Assembly (NCBI RefSeq): GCF_004010195.1 | Contig: NC_057719.1 | Coordinates: 92,645,465-92,709,464, forward strand | DNA length: 64,000 nucleotides | Direction: 5' to 3' | From: Chiloscyllium plagiosum | Taxonomy: Eukaryota | In this document: piece by piece, positions 52,391 to 64,000 of the stretch | How positions within the stretch are numbered: position 1 is the first letter of the stretch | Layout: each line of letters opens with the position of its first letter | Translations under genes and position numbers: made by a program | Notes under the pieces: generated by a model | The model's input: only the letters and a program-made list of their open reading frames with translations | Databases searched by the model: none | Told to the model about the DNA's origin: nothing

Positions 52391-52430
52391 ATTTATACCT
52401 GATTTCAGAATCCAGGGAGACCATTAATTA
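52391..52430 (-). promoter_or_regulatory. Putative GPCR core promoter: TATA box, EBF/O-E-like site and homeodomain site
   Basis: Minus strand TAATTAATGG-TCTCCCTGGA-...-TATAAAT, with the TATA box about 50 bp upstream of the ATG. Confidence 0.55.
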
Positions 52431-53689
52431 GATCGATCTTTTACATTTATTTAATTCATTGAAATATCCAATTCAGTTCATCAGTGCTCTGCAGCTGCTT
52501 TGGCTTAGACAGGATTCGCTTTGTTTAATATTTTTGACACATTTATAGGAATAATACTTCATTGTAAAATAAAACTTCAGTACCTGGATACTTGACTTAA
52601 TGCACGACAATGATATTCGCTACTTACAGTGCTATTAAGTACGAATTTTCCAGGAGAACCACTTCCAGGGTTCCACTCAGGATTATCATTCTGCCAGCAT
52701 GATCAAGAAATCGATACAAAAATGGTGCATTCAATCGTGTTTAGATGAGTTGCAATGTAATCTTACAGACTGTTATATAGACCAGTCTGGTGAAACTTAT
52801 GGCAATATGAGGATTTGACAACGTTCATATTTTAGATCCAAATTCAGTTCAAGACAATAATCAGCAACACAGTAGGATCTCTTCAATCATGGCTAACTTT
52901 ATCATGGGTAATGGTGATTCAACAATTTAGTTCTTAGATCGATTGAGTTCTTAGCACAGGACAAGGTTAGTCTAGGAAATGTGCATTCAGTTTTGTTAAG
53001 CTCAATTTGGTCCAACAGTACGAAATTCAGAGCACAATGCTTCCGTTTTGCATTATTAAATTCAGTGTTGAACTTTTGATAACACAGTCCACAGTGCCAG
53101 CACCCGACAGCAACGCTTATAGTTGGTAAAATAAAATGCGGTATTATTTCCTTCAGTTGCCAATTTCAGTTCAATGTAACGGCTGCCTTAACTTCACCCA
53201 GTTGGTAACGGGCCTGTAGTAAAACTGAAGATGTTTAAACAGTGACGCAGATGCTGGCAGAGTATTTGTGAACAAAGAAACTGTTCTAATGCATTTATTT
53301 CAGGTTTGCAAAACATGCCACAGTTTGCATTTTATCTTCAAGTGTATAAGGAACAGGGACAGCTGGTATTCGCAAATTGATCACATTTAATATTTTTCGA
53401 CAAAACATATGCATGATAAATTTTGACCATTCTGTTCAGTTCAACTGGTCTTATCACCCTGCTGTGTAATCCTAATGTTATCTCACTTGTTGAAACATAT
53501 GGCTACGAACAAGTCATTCACCTTCTCAAGCCTGAGCCACCATGCACTTTTAAATCTTGGTGGATACCCATATCATTGGCGAGATTAGCATGGAAAAAAT
53601 ATCACAATCACTTGAAACTGCTCCACTGAGCGTTCACAGAACCTGATTATTGAGACTTACAACCCTCAGACCGGAACGTTCTGCTTCTC

Positions 53690-53982
53690 GATTTAGATTA
53701 GATTACAATGTGGAAACAAGTACACACCGACCCGCCGAAGCGCAACCCACCCATTCCCCTACATTTACCCCTTACCTAACACTATGGGGCAATTTAGCAT
53801 GGCCAATTCACCTGACCTGCACATCTTTGGACTGTGGGAGGAAACCGGAGCACCCGGAGGAAACCCACGCAGACACGGGGAGAACGTGCAAACTCCACAC
53901 AGTCAGTCGCCTGAGGTGGGGATTGAACCCGGGTCTCTGGCGCTGTGAGGCAGCAGTGCTAAATGCTGTGCCACCGTGCCAC
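53690..53982 (-). mobile_element. Young HE1-type SINE
   Basis: Close to the reverse complement of 8920-9243, with a small deletion in the tail. Confidence 0.95.
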
Positions 53983-54559
53983 CCCCAACCCGTGCCGTTC
54001 CTCTCAACCTGTGCTCCCTGATACTTGATCCAAGTCAGGGGAACTTGGTTTCCATTTCTGCACCTAACCGACCTTTTGTCACTGTGATCGTTTCAAGAGA
54101 AAACCTCTCATTATTTGAAACTCTTGAACATGCAATCATGGTTTCTTCAATGTATGGGTCAACAAGAGCTCAGCTACCTCAAGAGTGCATCATTGTTTAC
54201 TTTTGTTGAAGTTTTTACGAAGATGTTTTCCACTTTGTACCGTTACGTTGAGTTTACAGAACAAAACTACTTCTTTGTAAGTGTCAAATTAGGAGATGCA
54301 TTACGATTGAATTTCACATTCCCCACTACTGACATCTGGCTAACAACGAGTTAGTTGCCCAACGTTTTCTCCTCACCAGTCTAACCCCTAAATTACTCCA
54401 ATATTCAAATGGGATTTGGAGCATCCAATCTTTAGTCACAGTTTCAGAGGCCATCAAAGATGATACAATGATATACCGCTCACTCTTCTGGCAGCTTTCC
54501 CACCAATGTCAGTTGCAGATCATGGAGTCACACTAATTTCTCATAGTAGGGTTGAAGGA

Positions 54560-54925
54560 GTCTATAGTATAGAATAAACCTTGTTCAAAATGATTAAAAC
54601 AGCCAGTTAACTCCATTTTCCAGCACTTGACCGGTAGTCTTTTATGCCTTGGCATTGCAAGTGCATACTTAAATAGTTACTGAACATTATGAGGATTTCC
54701 GCCTTTTTTGTGCTGTGAGTTCTAGAGTCTGACCACCCTCTGAATTATAAAGAATCCTCACAACCCCTTTAAAATTCTTGCTCCATACCGTAAATCGTCA
54801 TCTACTGTCCATTAGTCACTCTAGCCAGGGGTAAATTTCATATCTCTCTACCTTATTTACGACCCATTATTAATTTTTTAAATCATATCCCCTTTCACTC
54901 TCTGATGCCTCAGGGAAAACATACC
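54560..54925 (-). mobile_element. Old CR1 3' fragment
   Basis: Degenerate reverse CR1 3' region. Confidence 0.55.
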
Positions 54926-55489
54926 TCGTGCATCCAAAAAAAAAACACACCCAGACATTTCTAGAAAAAACGTCAGCAGGTCTGATAACTTCCTTGGAGA
55001 AAGCAGAGGTAAAGCTATTGATCTCTGACCCTTCTTCAGAACTGCAACCTGAAGCAAAATGTAAGAATCATTACCTTACAGAAACGAATCAGAGCACGCC
55101 AACGGAGCTCTTATGTATGATCACGGTATTTACAGTGCAATTCCATCGATATTTAGGACGAGGGCGGGGAAAGATCCAACAAAATTAATTACACTGCAAT
55201 TAACTGGAATGGTCTTTTTTGCCACAACAGCAAACATTGATCAGTAGACTGAATGCAATATTTCGTGACGAGACCAACTGATGAGAATTTTGGCTGCAGA
55301 AAGGTACCAGCTAAAACAAAGGGATCGAGCGAGTCCACAAAGAGGCAGCTTTTACATAGTAACCAAAGCAAAAATGACAAACCGAACAAAATTTCAGACA
55401 GAATGAAGAATAAATGTAATGTCTATTTGAGACAGTCCGAAGTCTTTGGAATAAATGATTTAGTTCTGCACTTGGAGGTATCATTATTA

Positions 55490-55675
55490 AGTTAGCAGAA
55501 GGGCGTTGCAAAATTTAAGAAGGCATCTGGATGGGGATAAGAATAGGAAGGGTTTAGAGTGATATGGATCAAATGCTGGCATATTGGAACTAAGTTTATT
55601 TATGATATCTGGTCGACATTAATGAGATGAACTGAAAGGCCTGTTTTAGTGCTATGTTTCTCGAGGACTCTAGTT
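55490..55675 (+). mobile_element. CR1 3' end
   Basis: GGCATCTGGATGGG...AATAGGAAGGGTTTAGAG matches 23939-23975. Confidence 0.8.
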
Positions 55676-56094
55676 GACGAACTATTGACTCAACTATCAT
55701 TTGAAAAGAAAAGCACGCATTGATTTGAAAATGAATGTCTGACTATATATGGCCCTATTTAATCTATTAAGAACGTGTTAAGCTTAAAACTTTTCTGCAA
55801 CATAATCCTGTGCTTTTGGTCTTATTTGATGATCATTTTCCCCGTTCGATTAGTTGCGATTCTACATATAGTAAACATAGAAGAAAGGGAATGAAGAAAG
55901 AGTGTAAGTTATATCCCCTCTTGTGAATATAACGGAATCAATGCATGTAAAGTTAGATGATGGATTCTGGATCCTTGATCACAAATAGTGAACAAATGTG
56001 CACATGGAACATTGAGATAAGAATTTACTGGAAGTGTGATAAGCATAGTATTCCAAGCTGATTCAGTTTTGGGACACAGTGAAAGCATGGTGTA

Positions 56095-56410
56095 GGATGG
56101 CGCTGTGGTTCAAGGATTAACATTCTGCCTCACAGCGCCAGTGATTCGGGTTCAACCCCATCTGCAGGCGATTGTATGGAGTCTGCACGCTCTCCTTGTG
56201 TCTGTGCAATTTCGCTCATTTTTTCACACTCAGTCCAAAGTTACACAAGTTAGCTGGATAGTCCATTTTGCCCGGGGTATACAGGCTAGGTGGTTTCGCC
56301 GTTGGAAATGCAGCATCACGGGGATGTGTCCGGGTAGAATGTGATTTGGAGGTTCGGGATAAACAGAATGGACTGAACGATCTGCTTACACACTGTATGA
56401 ATTCTATGGC
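56095..56410 (+). mobile_element. Old HE1-type SINE
   Basis: CTGCCTCACAGCGCCAG...GGGTTCAA head and body. Confidence 0.8.
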
Positions 56411-57689
56411 ATAAAAGGTGGTTATCGATGTCAGTGAGGTGCTAATTCTATGTGCTGAGGTCTAATGAAGAGTTAGATAGTCTAGAAATTTTAGCTTTCT
56501 ATCCTTCTGGTGGATACTAATTGGCCTGCTGTGATCTCCAGCAGTTTTTTAAAAAAATTTCAGCGCAGGATTGCTATCTTTCTAGGGGTGAAAAACTCAG
56601 ACGCCTGAAGCGCCTTTTCTTGGTGAATCAGAGGCAAGTTTTCCCCAGAACAGCATGTGCCTTTCCTTCTGCGATATAAATGAAAAAGAAAATCGATACA
56701 ATGTGGTTTGGTACACTGCCTATCATTTCCTCAATTTCAGCGCAGCTTGAGTCTGTCTTCCACAGCACACACTAATGTTCATGACTCTATAACGGCGTAA
56801 GCCAGGAGGTTCATCTGATTTTGCAAATCAATTTATTCCCGTTGACAGAATGAAATACGAGTGGGTACTGCGCTTTCAAATGTGAACACGTTTCTCGACT
56901 CCAAACAATGATTGAAGACTTTTGGATTTGTTTCATGCATTTGGAGACATGGCAGACAGCAACTGAAATATGACTTTTATAGACTGCTTTAAGATTACAT
57001 TTAACAGCGAGGTTAAATCTGGAATCAGTTGTGTACTGTAGCACCAGCAAATCACACTTCTGCTTGACTTTGAAACAGGTCACTTTTACGTATTAAGTCA
57101 ATACCATAAAGAGTACACGTGCGAAATGAAATAGGGCAAACAAGTTGTGCTCGTACAAACGATTACGGTGTGTGCACTTAAATTCTGCTGATATTCAGAA
57201 CCGGAGCACAGAGAAATTCAGCAAAACTTCACCCTGAACTCACGTGGATTTTTTTTTCGTCACAACAGCAAATATTGCCGAGTAGATTAAATTTAAGATT
57301 GGCTGACGATAATAGCAGTAAAATAACGGGCTCTGATCACTTCTATCAGCAAGTGGCTACACAGATAAACGGAGGAAGCGCAGTTTTAAGGAGGAGCCCT
57401 TTGAAATGTTGGGCAAATGTGATAACTGATACACTGCAGATGATCACAGTCATTTGGTAGGATTTGAGGACCCAGTAATCCAGAAGAAAAGCAATGGAAT
57501 TTGTACTTAACCCCTGCACAATCCTGTGATGGTCAGCGAAGAAAAAACATTAAAACCGAAACAAACAACGTTTTGAGATGACGATTTGAAGGCGTCTAGA
57601 ATCAGTCCAGGCAAACGTGAACGGTTGCTGCTCAGACATGATTTTCTGAAACTACAGAAAGATTTGAATATAGGACGTAATTGTGACTA

Positions 57690-57982
57690 TTAGAACAGAA
57701 TGGAATCCTTACACTGTGGAAACAGATCTTTCAGCACAACAGGTCTACACTAACCATCTGAAGAGCATCCCACGCAAACCAATTCCCCTACCCTATATTT
57801 GCCATAACTAACACAACTCACCTCATATCCCTTGGCTCCACGAGGCAATTTAGCATGAACAATTTGGACTGTGGGAGAAAACCAGAACATCCAGATGAAG
57901 CCCACACAGACAGAGGGTGAAGATGCACACCCCACGTAGACAGTCGCTTATTTGAACCCGGGATCCTGGTGCTGTGAGGCAA
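57690..57982 (-). mobile_element. HE1-type SINE
   Basis: Reverse tail and body. Confidence 0.82.
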
Positions 57983-58562
57983 CTTATATTTTCATAAGCT
58001 TTGTGTTCTGAAACTCTCTGCCTGTTTTCCTTCACCACCTTTTTGGTCTGTTTTTGTGCTCCATTATTAATCATAATTTTAAAACAGTCACCTCTTATTT
58101 TCCTTTAATCTTCTAAAGCAGGAGTTTGCGAAACAATGCTTATGATGTAATGGCAGAACTTGATTCCTGATGAGTGTGTTATGAGTTCAGAAGACTGATA
58201 ACACTTTATTTCTCATCCAATTCATTCATTTTCCTTATAGTGGGAACGTTTTCATCAATTTAACAATGTTTATCGTTGCAATATTTTCGTTTCTGCTACT
58301 TCACTTTTATTCGCAAAGTTTTATTGACACTTTTATTCACAGCGTTTCCTGGATATGATGTGCTCAATTGCCTTGCCTGTCTTAATTCAGTTAACTCAAG
58401 ATTGTTTATAAGTTTATGCTGAAATGATAATCAATGAACATTTAATTTTAGCATATTAGCAAATTGTAGTTGGTCCTATTAAAGATGAATTACTGTGAAC
58501 AGGGAATCAGCGAGTTAATGTTTTTTGCTCTGCCTGATAATTAACCTCAAACATTTTCTGGG

Positions 58563-58691
58563 TCTGTGGATTAACAGTCTAATGATAATGCTAATAGGCC
58601 ATTGCCTCCATGAACATTATTTGATTCTGTTGATTAACAGTCCAGAGATAATTCCACTAGGCCATTGCCTCTCTGAACATTATTTGGATTC
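58563..58691 (-). repeat. Tandem duplication (about 62 bp) of a tRNA-like SINE head
   Basis: GATTAACAGTC...GATAAT...TAGGCCATTGCCTC...GAACATTATTTG occurs twice; minus strand TGGCCTAGTGG is an A box. Confidence 0.75.
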
Positions 58692-58850
58692 CTGATGAAG
58701 ACCCTCTACTCGAAATGTATTTACTGATGCAGGGCGTATGCTCGAAACTTCAACTCTCCTGCTCCTCGGATGCTGCCCGCCGGCTGAGCTTTCCCAGTAC
58801 CACACTCTTAGACTCTGATCTCCAGCATCTGCAGCCCTCACGTTCTCCTG
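58688..58850 (+). ncRNA. Short Penelope-derived repeat headed by two tandem minimal hammerhead-like motifs
   Basis: CTGATGA (58692)...GAAA (58712), then CTGATGc-A-GGGC-gtat-GCTC-GAAAC (58724-58748); both carry mutations. Confidence 0.6.
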
Positions 58851-59254
58851 AGTTATGGTCAACCTCACGTTAAAATCAACAGCTGCCTCGCTTATATGAG
58901 AGAATGGATGATGGTAATTTTACTTTAACTTCTCCAAAAATGCTTCTCCTCACTTTTTATGGATTACATTTATTTGTGTGTGTTCATCCCATCTGAGCAA
59001 CCTGTCTATATCATCCCTTCTAAGCCTTTCCTACTTCACTATTTACCATTCAATCAATCTTTGTGTCATTTGTAAGTTTGCTGATCGTACCTCCTATAAA
59101 CAAGTATTGTCCATTCAAGGAATAAAATCAAGGGTGGTGATGAAAAGGCAGGAAAGAGGGGCTGAGATCATCATATCAACGAGGATCTCATTGAGGGTCA
59201 GAATGGCCCACTTATGTTAATACGTTTCATGTCGCAATCCTTGTTTGAAACAGG

Positions 59255-59370
59255 GACAGAGATGGAGCAGTGCTCTGAAAGCTTGAGATTTGAAACAAAC
59301 CTGTTGGATTATAACCTAGTGTCGCATGAATTATGATTTTGTTCACCACAATCCAATGACAGCATCTCCA
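59255..59370 (+). mobile_element. Second copy of the 2799-2915 repeat
   Basis: GGAGCAGTGCTCTGAAAGCTT...AAACCTGTTGGATTATAACC. Confidence 0.7.
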
Positions 59371-59930
59371 TATCTTGAATATATTTAATGATATGGCCCC
59401 AACAGCTTTCTGTGGTAGGGAATTCGAAAGGTTCGCAACTCTCTGAGTGAAGAAATCCTTCCTCATCTCAGTCCTGAATGGCTTACACTTTATTCTTATG
59501 CTGTGACCCCTAGTTCTGGACTTCTCCACAACCAGGACCAGTCTTCCCACATCAAGTCTTTCCTTTTCCATTAATATTTTATATGTTTCTTCGAGATCAA
59601 CATCCCCCCCCCCCCCCATTCTTCTAAATTCCAGGAAGCATAAATCTTTCTTCACATGCTCGTCCTACTATCCTGGCAATCATTTTGGTGAACCTTTCCT
59701 GATGTCCCTCAACAGCAAGCATATAGTTTCTTAGACTAAGACACCGAAACTGCACACAATGTTCAAGATGTGGCCTTACCAAGGCCTCGTATTAGTGCTG
59801 AAAGATATCCACTTCCTATACTCAAATCTTATAGATATGGAAGGCAACGTGGAATTAGTTTACCTGACTGCATGCTGCATCTTCAGCAATGGTTCCAGCA
59901 TGATATGCTTATCACGTTGCACCTCAACTT
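59370..59930 (-). mobile_element. CR1 LINE 3' coding fragment
   Basis: SRTRGHS...MRKDFFTQRVANLSNSLP. Confidence 0.85.
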
Positions 59931-59949
59931 TTCATAAACTGCTACGTGG

Positions 59950-62900
59950 TGTGAAGGTGTAGAGGTGTACTCTACCTTCAAGAGAGAGAGATAGAGAGAG
60001 AGAAGAAGCTTTCAAGAAATGACTGAAAGTGCAGAGGGCCCTGAACAAAATGAAAAATATTACACTTGGTTGAAACAAATAGCAGGGTTGGCGTTGCCAT
60101 GGAACAAAAACAAATTCAAATTCGGCCAAACAGATTAAATTATACCCAGATACCAAAGTCCAATCGAATTTGAATTTAGTGTTTTGTTAACATCAAACTG
60201 ATGAAATGATCTGATGTGTGCGGGCATAATACCAGATATTTTGAACAGTCTGAGGGAGAACTGCCAAGAAGACCAATAAGTGTACATTGCTAGCCAAAGA
60301 GCTCTCTGTAGGGTGCCTGTCCACAAGACATTTGTGCAGCTGAACACCAAACCCAACCAAGAGAATAATATACAGAAGACAGTCTACAATGGAGAATTGA
60401 CAAAGTTAACTAGTTTTGAAATGTGTTCTTTCTTAAATTGTAAATCTTAATCGTGTTTTTAATCTGACCAGTATTAAAGAGTGGGAAGCAAAAGATAAAG
60501 TAGTTGTAAATAGTTGTTGGTTTTATTATTATCTGTTGGACTTAAAGAATAAATTTCTTAATTTTTACTTTAAATAGTGACCTCTGGGATGGTTCTCTGC
60601 CTTTCGAAGTTTAACAGAGTAAGGCATGAGTTGAGCTTCTTTGTGCCTCAGGTTCAAATTAGCAGAGGGGTTTACCCTCTGTCATAAAAGTTTGGTGGTT
60701 TTTGTCCGTGGTTTGAACAGATTTAGATAGATCCAATCTGAGATTTGTAGAGGCTGGAGCATATTTGGGTTACGAAAAAAATGCCCAGTCGATTTAAACA
60801 CTTGCCTCTTTGTGTCCTAGATGTTTAAATAAAATGGAGATAAGACACTTTGTTAAATTTCATTTACTTCTGGTTGGTAAAATTGAAAGTGGGAGAAATG
60901 GCTCCTCAAATTGCTAAAGAGGTTTTGTGGTATGAAGATGCTTCCCAAAAATACCAAGTCAGTTCAGAACGAAAACAAAATACCATACTTTTAGAATTAG
61001 CAAATAGGTTAGGATTGGGTTTAATTGAAGATAACTGTAAGGTTGAAATTGTAAGGAAATTACTCAAACACCTAGGTGCGTCAGAGAAACAGACAAGTGT
61101 CAGTAGCGTTTGGAAAACGTAAATTACAATCGAAGAAAATGAAGTTAGAAGATAGACAAAGGAAGAGAGAATGGGAAAGAGAGAGGAGAGAAAGAGCAAG
61201 AAGAGAGAGAAAAGAAAGGGAGACAGAAAGAGAGAGAAGATTTTTCGCTGAAAAAAAAGAGAGAATTTGAACTTGAGAAGTTGTGACTTAGTGAAGTCAA
61301 AATAACAGGATGGAGATTAAAAGAGAAGGCAGTGATATGTACAAGTATGTCAACACTCAACCACGTTGAGAAAGATGTCAAAGACTTCTTTTTTACATTT
61401 GAAATATTGGTTAGACAGAAAGGGTGGTCCGAGGATTTATGGGTAATGCTAGTTCAGAGGCAGAGTTTTGTGAGTTTTTTGCCACTCTGTTAGATGAGAG
61501 GTCAAGAAATTATGAAGAGGGCAATCATGCTGTTTGAAGTGCTTATGAATTAATACCGGAAGTGTATGGACAGTGATTCAGAAACATAAAGAAGGAATCT
61601 GGTCAGACTTATTTTGAGCTCGAAAGAACTAACCATAGTTATTTTGATAGATGGGTGCAGGCCTTAAAGATAGATAAGACCGATGAGGCTCTAAGAGAGA
61701 TTATTCTGATGGAGGAATTTAAAAACCAATTTCAGGTATGATGAGAATTCACGTGGAGGATCAGAAATTTCAGGAAGTGTAAAAGGCAGTAGAATTCGCG
61801 GACAAATACCTGTTCGTACATAAGACAAGCTTCCGGCCATAATTTTGTCCTGTGAGGGATAGAAGTTGGGAGATGGGGAGATCCTATACGACAAAACAAA
61901 GAGTAGCAAACACTGGTAAGAGTTTGCCACAAGTTAAAAAAGAAGCCCAAGTGGGTGGAAAGGAGGTGAAAGGCCTCAGTTTGTTTTCACTGTAGTAACG
62001 TGGGACATGTAAAGCCACAATGCTGGTTGTTAAAGAAAGGCACTGTGCAAAAAGATGTGGTAATGAAAGCTAAGCCAATGACAATATTGAAAGTAGTAAC
62101 AGAAACCCCAAGAAGAGTTGAGAAGCTGCAGGAGAGTGCACCGCATAGGCAGAGGCTGGGTATGGAGTTAGTGTCTGATCTCGATAAAGAATTCACCTCT
62201 GTTGGCAAAGTTTACTCAGAAAGTACAGCGAGAGAAGGACAGGAGTTTGTAATTTTGAGAGATATAGGATCTAACCAGTCTCTAGTAGTAAGAGAAGAGC
62301 GAATTTGCACTCTTTCTGATCTGTTACCCGAGAGTGTGGTAACGTTTTGGATAGATGGACAGAAATTTAGCGTTCCCCGTATAAGATTACATGGGAGTTC
62401 CAACAAAGACTGGGGAAGTAAGAGTGGAGTGATTGACGGAGTATCAGTTCCAGGAATCCAGTTTGTTCTTGGGAATGATTTAGCAGGGTTCAAGTTGACA
62501 CCCCTTGTTGTGGAGAAGCCAAGGAAGATCAAGAAACTGAGGAGTTTAAAAAAACACCCTGGAATTTACCCAGACTATGCAGATGTTACTATCATAAGTC
62601 ACAGCAGGAAGCAAAAACTAAAGGGAAAGGTTTCGGTGTTGAGGTTGAGTTAACAGAATTTGTTGTAATGGCCCATGAAAAACCTGAACAGGCAGAGGGT
62701 GCGCATCATCCTGAATCCCAGATAGCTTCAGAAATGCAACATTAAACCTTGACGACCATGTTGACAGCATACTGTCTGGATTGCCTGAATGATTGGGATA
62801 AGCGTATCCCATTCGTATTGTTTGCCAGTAAAGATGACCCAAACGAATCTACTCCATTGACTCGCTTTGAGTTAATATTTGGGCATGAGGTGACAGGTCC

Positions 62901-63812
62901 TTTGAAATTAATTAAAGAGAAATTGACAAGACAAAAGTTGGAGATTTCACACTTGGATTATATATTGGAGGTGAGGTAGAGATTTATTCGAGTAGTTGAG
63001 TTAGTTGAACAGTACCTAAAGAGAACACATCATAGAATGAATCAGATGGCAGATATAAAAAAAAAACTTTGAGACTTACACATTTTCCAGAGGGGTGGAC
63101 GTGTTACCATTTTTACCAATGATAGGAGATCCCTTCAACACCAAATTTAGTGGTCCCTATCAAATTGAGAAACCGTTTAATCAGGCGAAATATCTGGGAA
63201 AGATGCCAGTCAGAAAAAGAAACTGTATCGGGTATGTCATGTGAACATGTAGAAACTGTATTATACTTGGGAGAATGAACTGAAGTGACAAGTGTTAGTT
63301 ATGGCCCCGCAGAGTGAGTCATCAAATGCAGATGTTGTAGATTTTGGTTTGCCTCAAAATTTGTTAAAAAATGAAATATCCCTGGAGAAGTGGGATAGGT
63401 TGCTAAACTCTCTCAGGAGCAAAGTATACAATTGAAATGCTTGTGACTGCAGTATGAGGACATATATAGGAATCATATTGGCAAGTATAATGCTATTGTA
63501 CATGAAGTAGACATAGGCAATACTGTTCCGATAAAGCAACAGCCCTATTGTGTTAATCCTCTCAAAGCCAAACAGGTCCAGATGGAGGTGGAGGCCATGC
63601 TCAATGAGGGTATCATCGAACCAAGCCAGAGTGAGGGGAGTTCGCCGATTGTCTTAGTCCCAATACTGATGGGACTCAGCTAGTTAGTGTGGATTATTGG
63701 AAGGTCATTGCCGTTACAAATTTGGACTCATATCCAATACTGCGATTGCAGGACAGCATCGAGAAAGTTGGACAAGCCAGTTACATCACCAAGTTGGATT
63801 TACTGTGTAGTT
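59950..63812 (+). mobile_element. Gmr1-like Gypsy element (5' LTR, PBS, gag, protease, partial IN, start of RT)
   Basis: LTR about 59950-60689; PBS-like TGGTGGTTTTTGTCCGTGGTTTGAAC (tRNA-Pro-like); gag ATG 60898; SCAN-like region; CFHCSNVGHVKPQC; LRDIGSNQS; IN tail FELIFGHEVTGPL and GPY precede RT (VHEVDIG...DSYPILRLQDSIEKVG). Confidence 0.9.
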
Positions 63813-64000
63813 ACTCAAAGTTTGTGAGAAGATTTGTAGCTCGGGTGCTCGTTGTTGTCGTTCTGTTCGCCGAGCTGGGAATTTGTGTTGCAGACGTTTC
63901 GTCCCCTGTCTAGGTGACATCCTCAGTGATTGGGAGCCTCCTGTGAAGCCCTTCTATGATGTTTCCTCTGGCATTTATAGTGATTTGTATCTGCTGCTTT
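63813..64000 (-). mobile_element. Penelope-like element 3' end inserted in Gypsy RT (runs off the window)
   Basis: Pseudo-LTR similar to 23700-23830 (TATAAAT, CTTCAC, GGAGG, hammerhead core). Confidence 0.8.
63889..63929 (-). ncRNA. Minimal type I hammerhead-ribozyme-like motif
   Basis: Minus strand TCA-CTGAGGA-TGTCACC-tagaca-GGGGAC-GAAAC-GTC-TGC: intact CUGANGA and GAAA cores and a GUC site. Confidence 0.7.

Noticed and set aside
55070..55170. Upstream promoter or exon (GC box GGGCGGGG, donor-like site)
   Set aside because: Isolated short motifs expected by chance; no supporting structure.
58563..58750. CRISPR-like repeat array
   Set aside because: Eukaryotic context, only two-copy duplications, no spacers and no cas genes.

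Overview
Repeat-dense vertebrate genomic DNA, almost certainly from a cartilaginous fish (shark). The basis is the HE1/V-SINE-type tRNA-headed SINEs, CR1/HER1-type LINEs, Penelope-like elements and Gmr1-type Gypsy elements; family names are assigned from recall, not from a database search. I can support only one intact gene: a two-exon, minus-strand class A GPCR of the GPR139/GPR142-like group (exon 1 52340-52271, exon 2 49065-48152, 327 aa). The ORF track misses its first exon. An orphan, disabled paralogous first exon lies at about 41.5 kb, and both share an upstream EBF/O-E-like plus homeodomain motif pair. Two decayed C2H2 zinc-finger genes (28.4-29.3 kb, 37.9-38.8 kb) lie among three Gmr1-like LTR retrotransposons. 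Two of those show integrase before RT, and two retain a SCAN-like gag. Less obvious items are a decayed class I (epsilon/gamma-like) endogenous retrovirus pol fragment at about 5.5-6.6 kb and many minimal type I hammerhead-ribozyme-like motifs in Penelope ends and short non-coding repeats. Most ORFs in the track are transposon fragments or chance ORFs. Repeat boundaries are approximate to within tens of bp.
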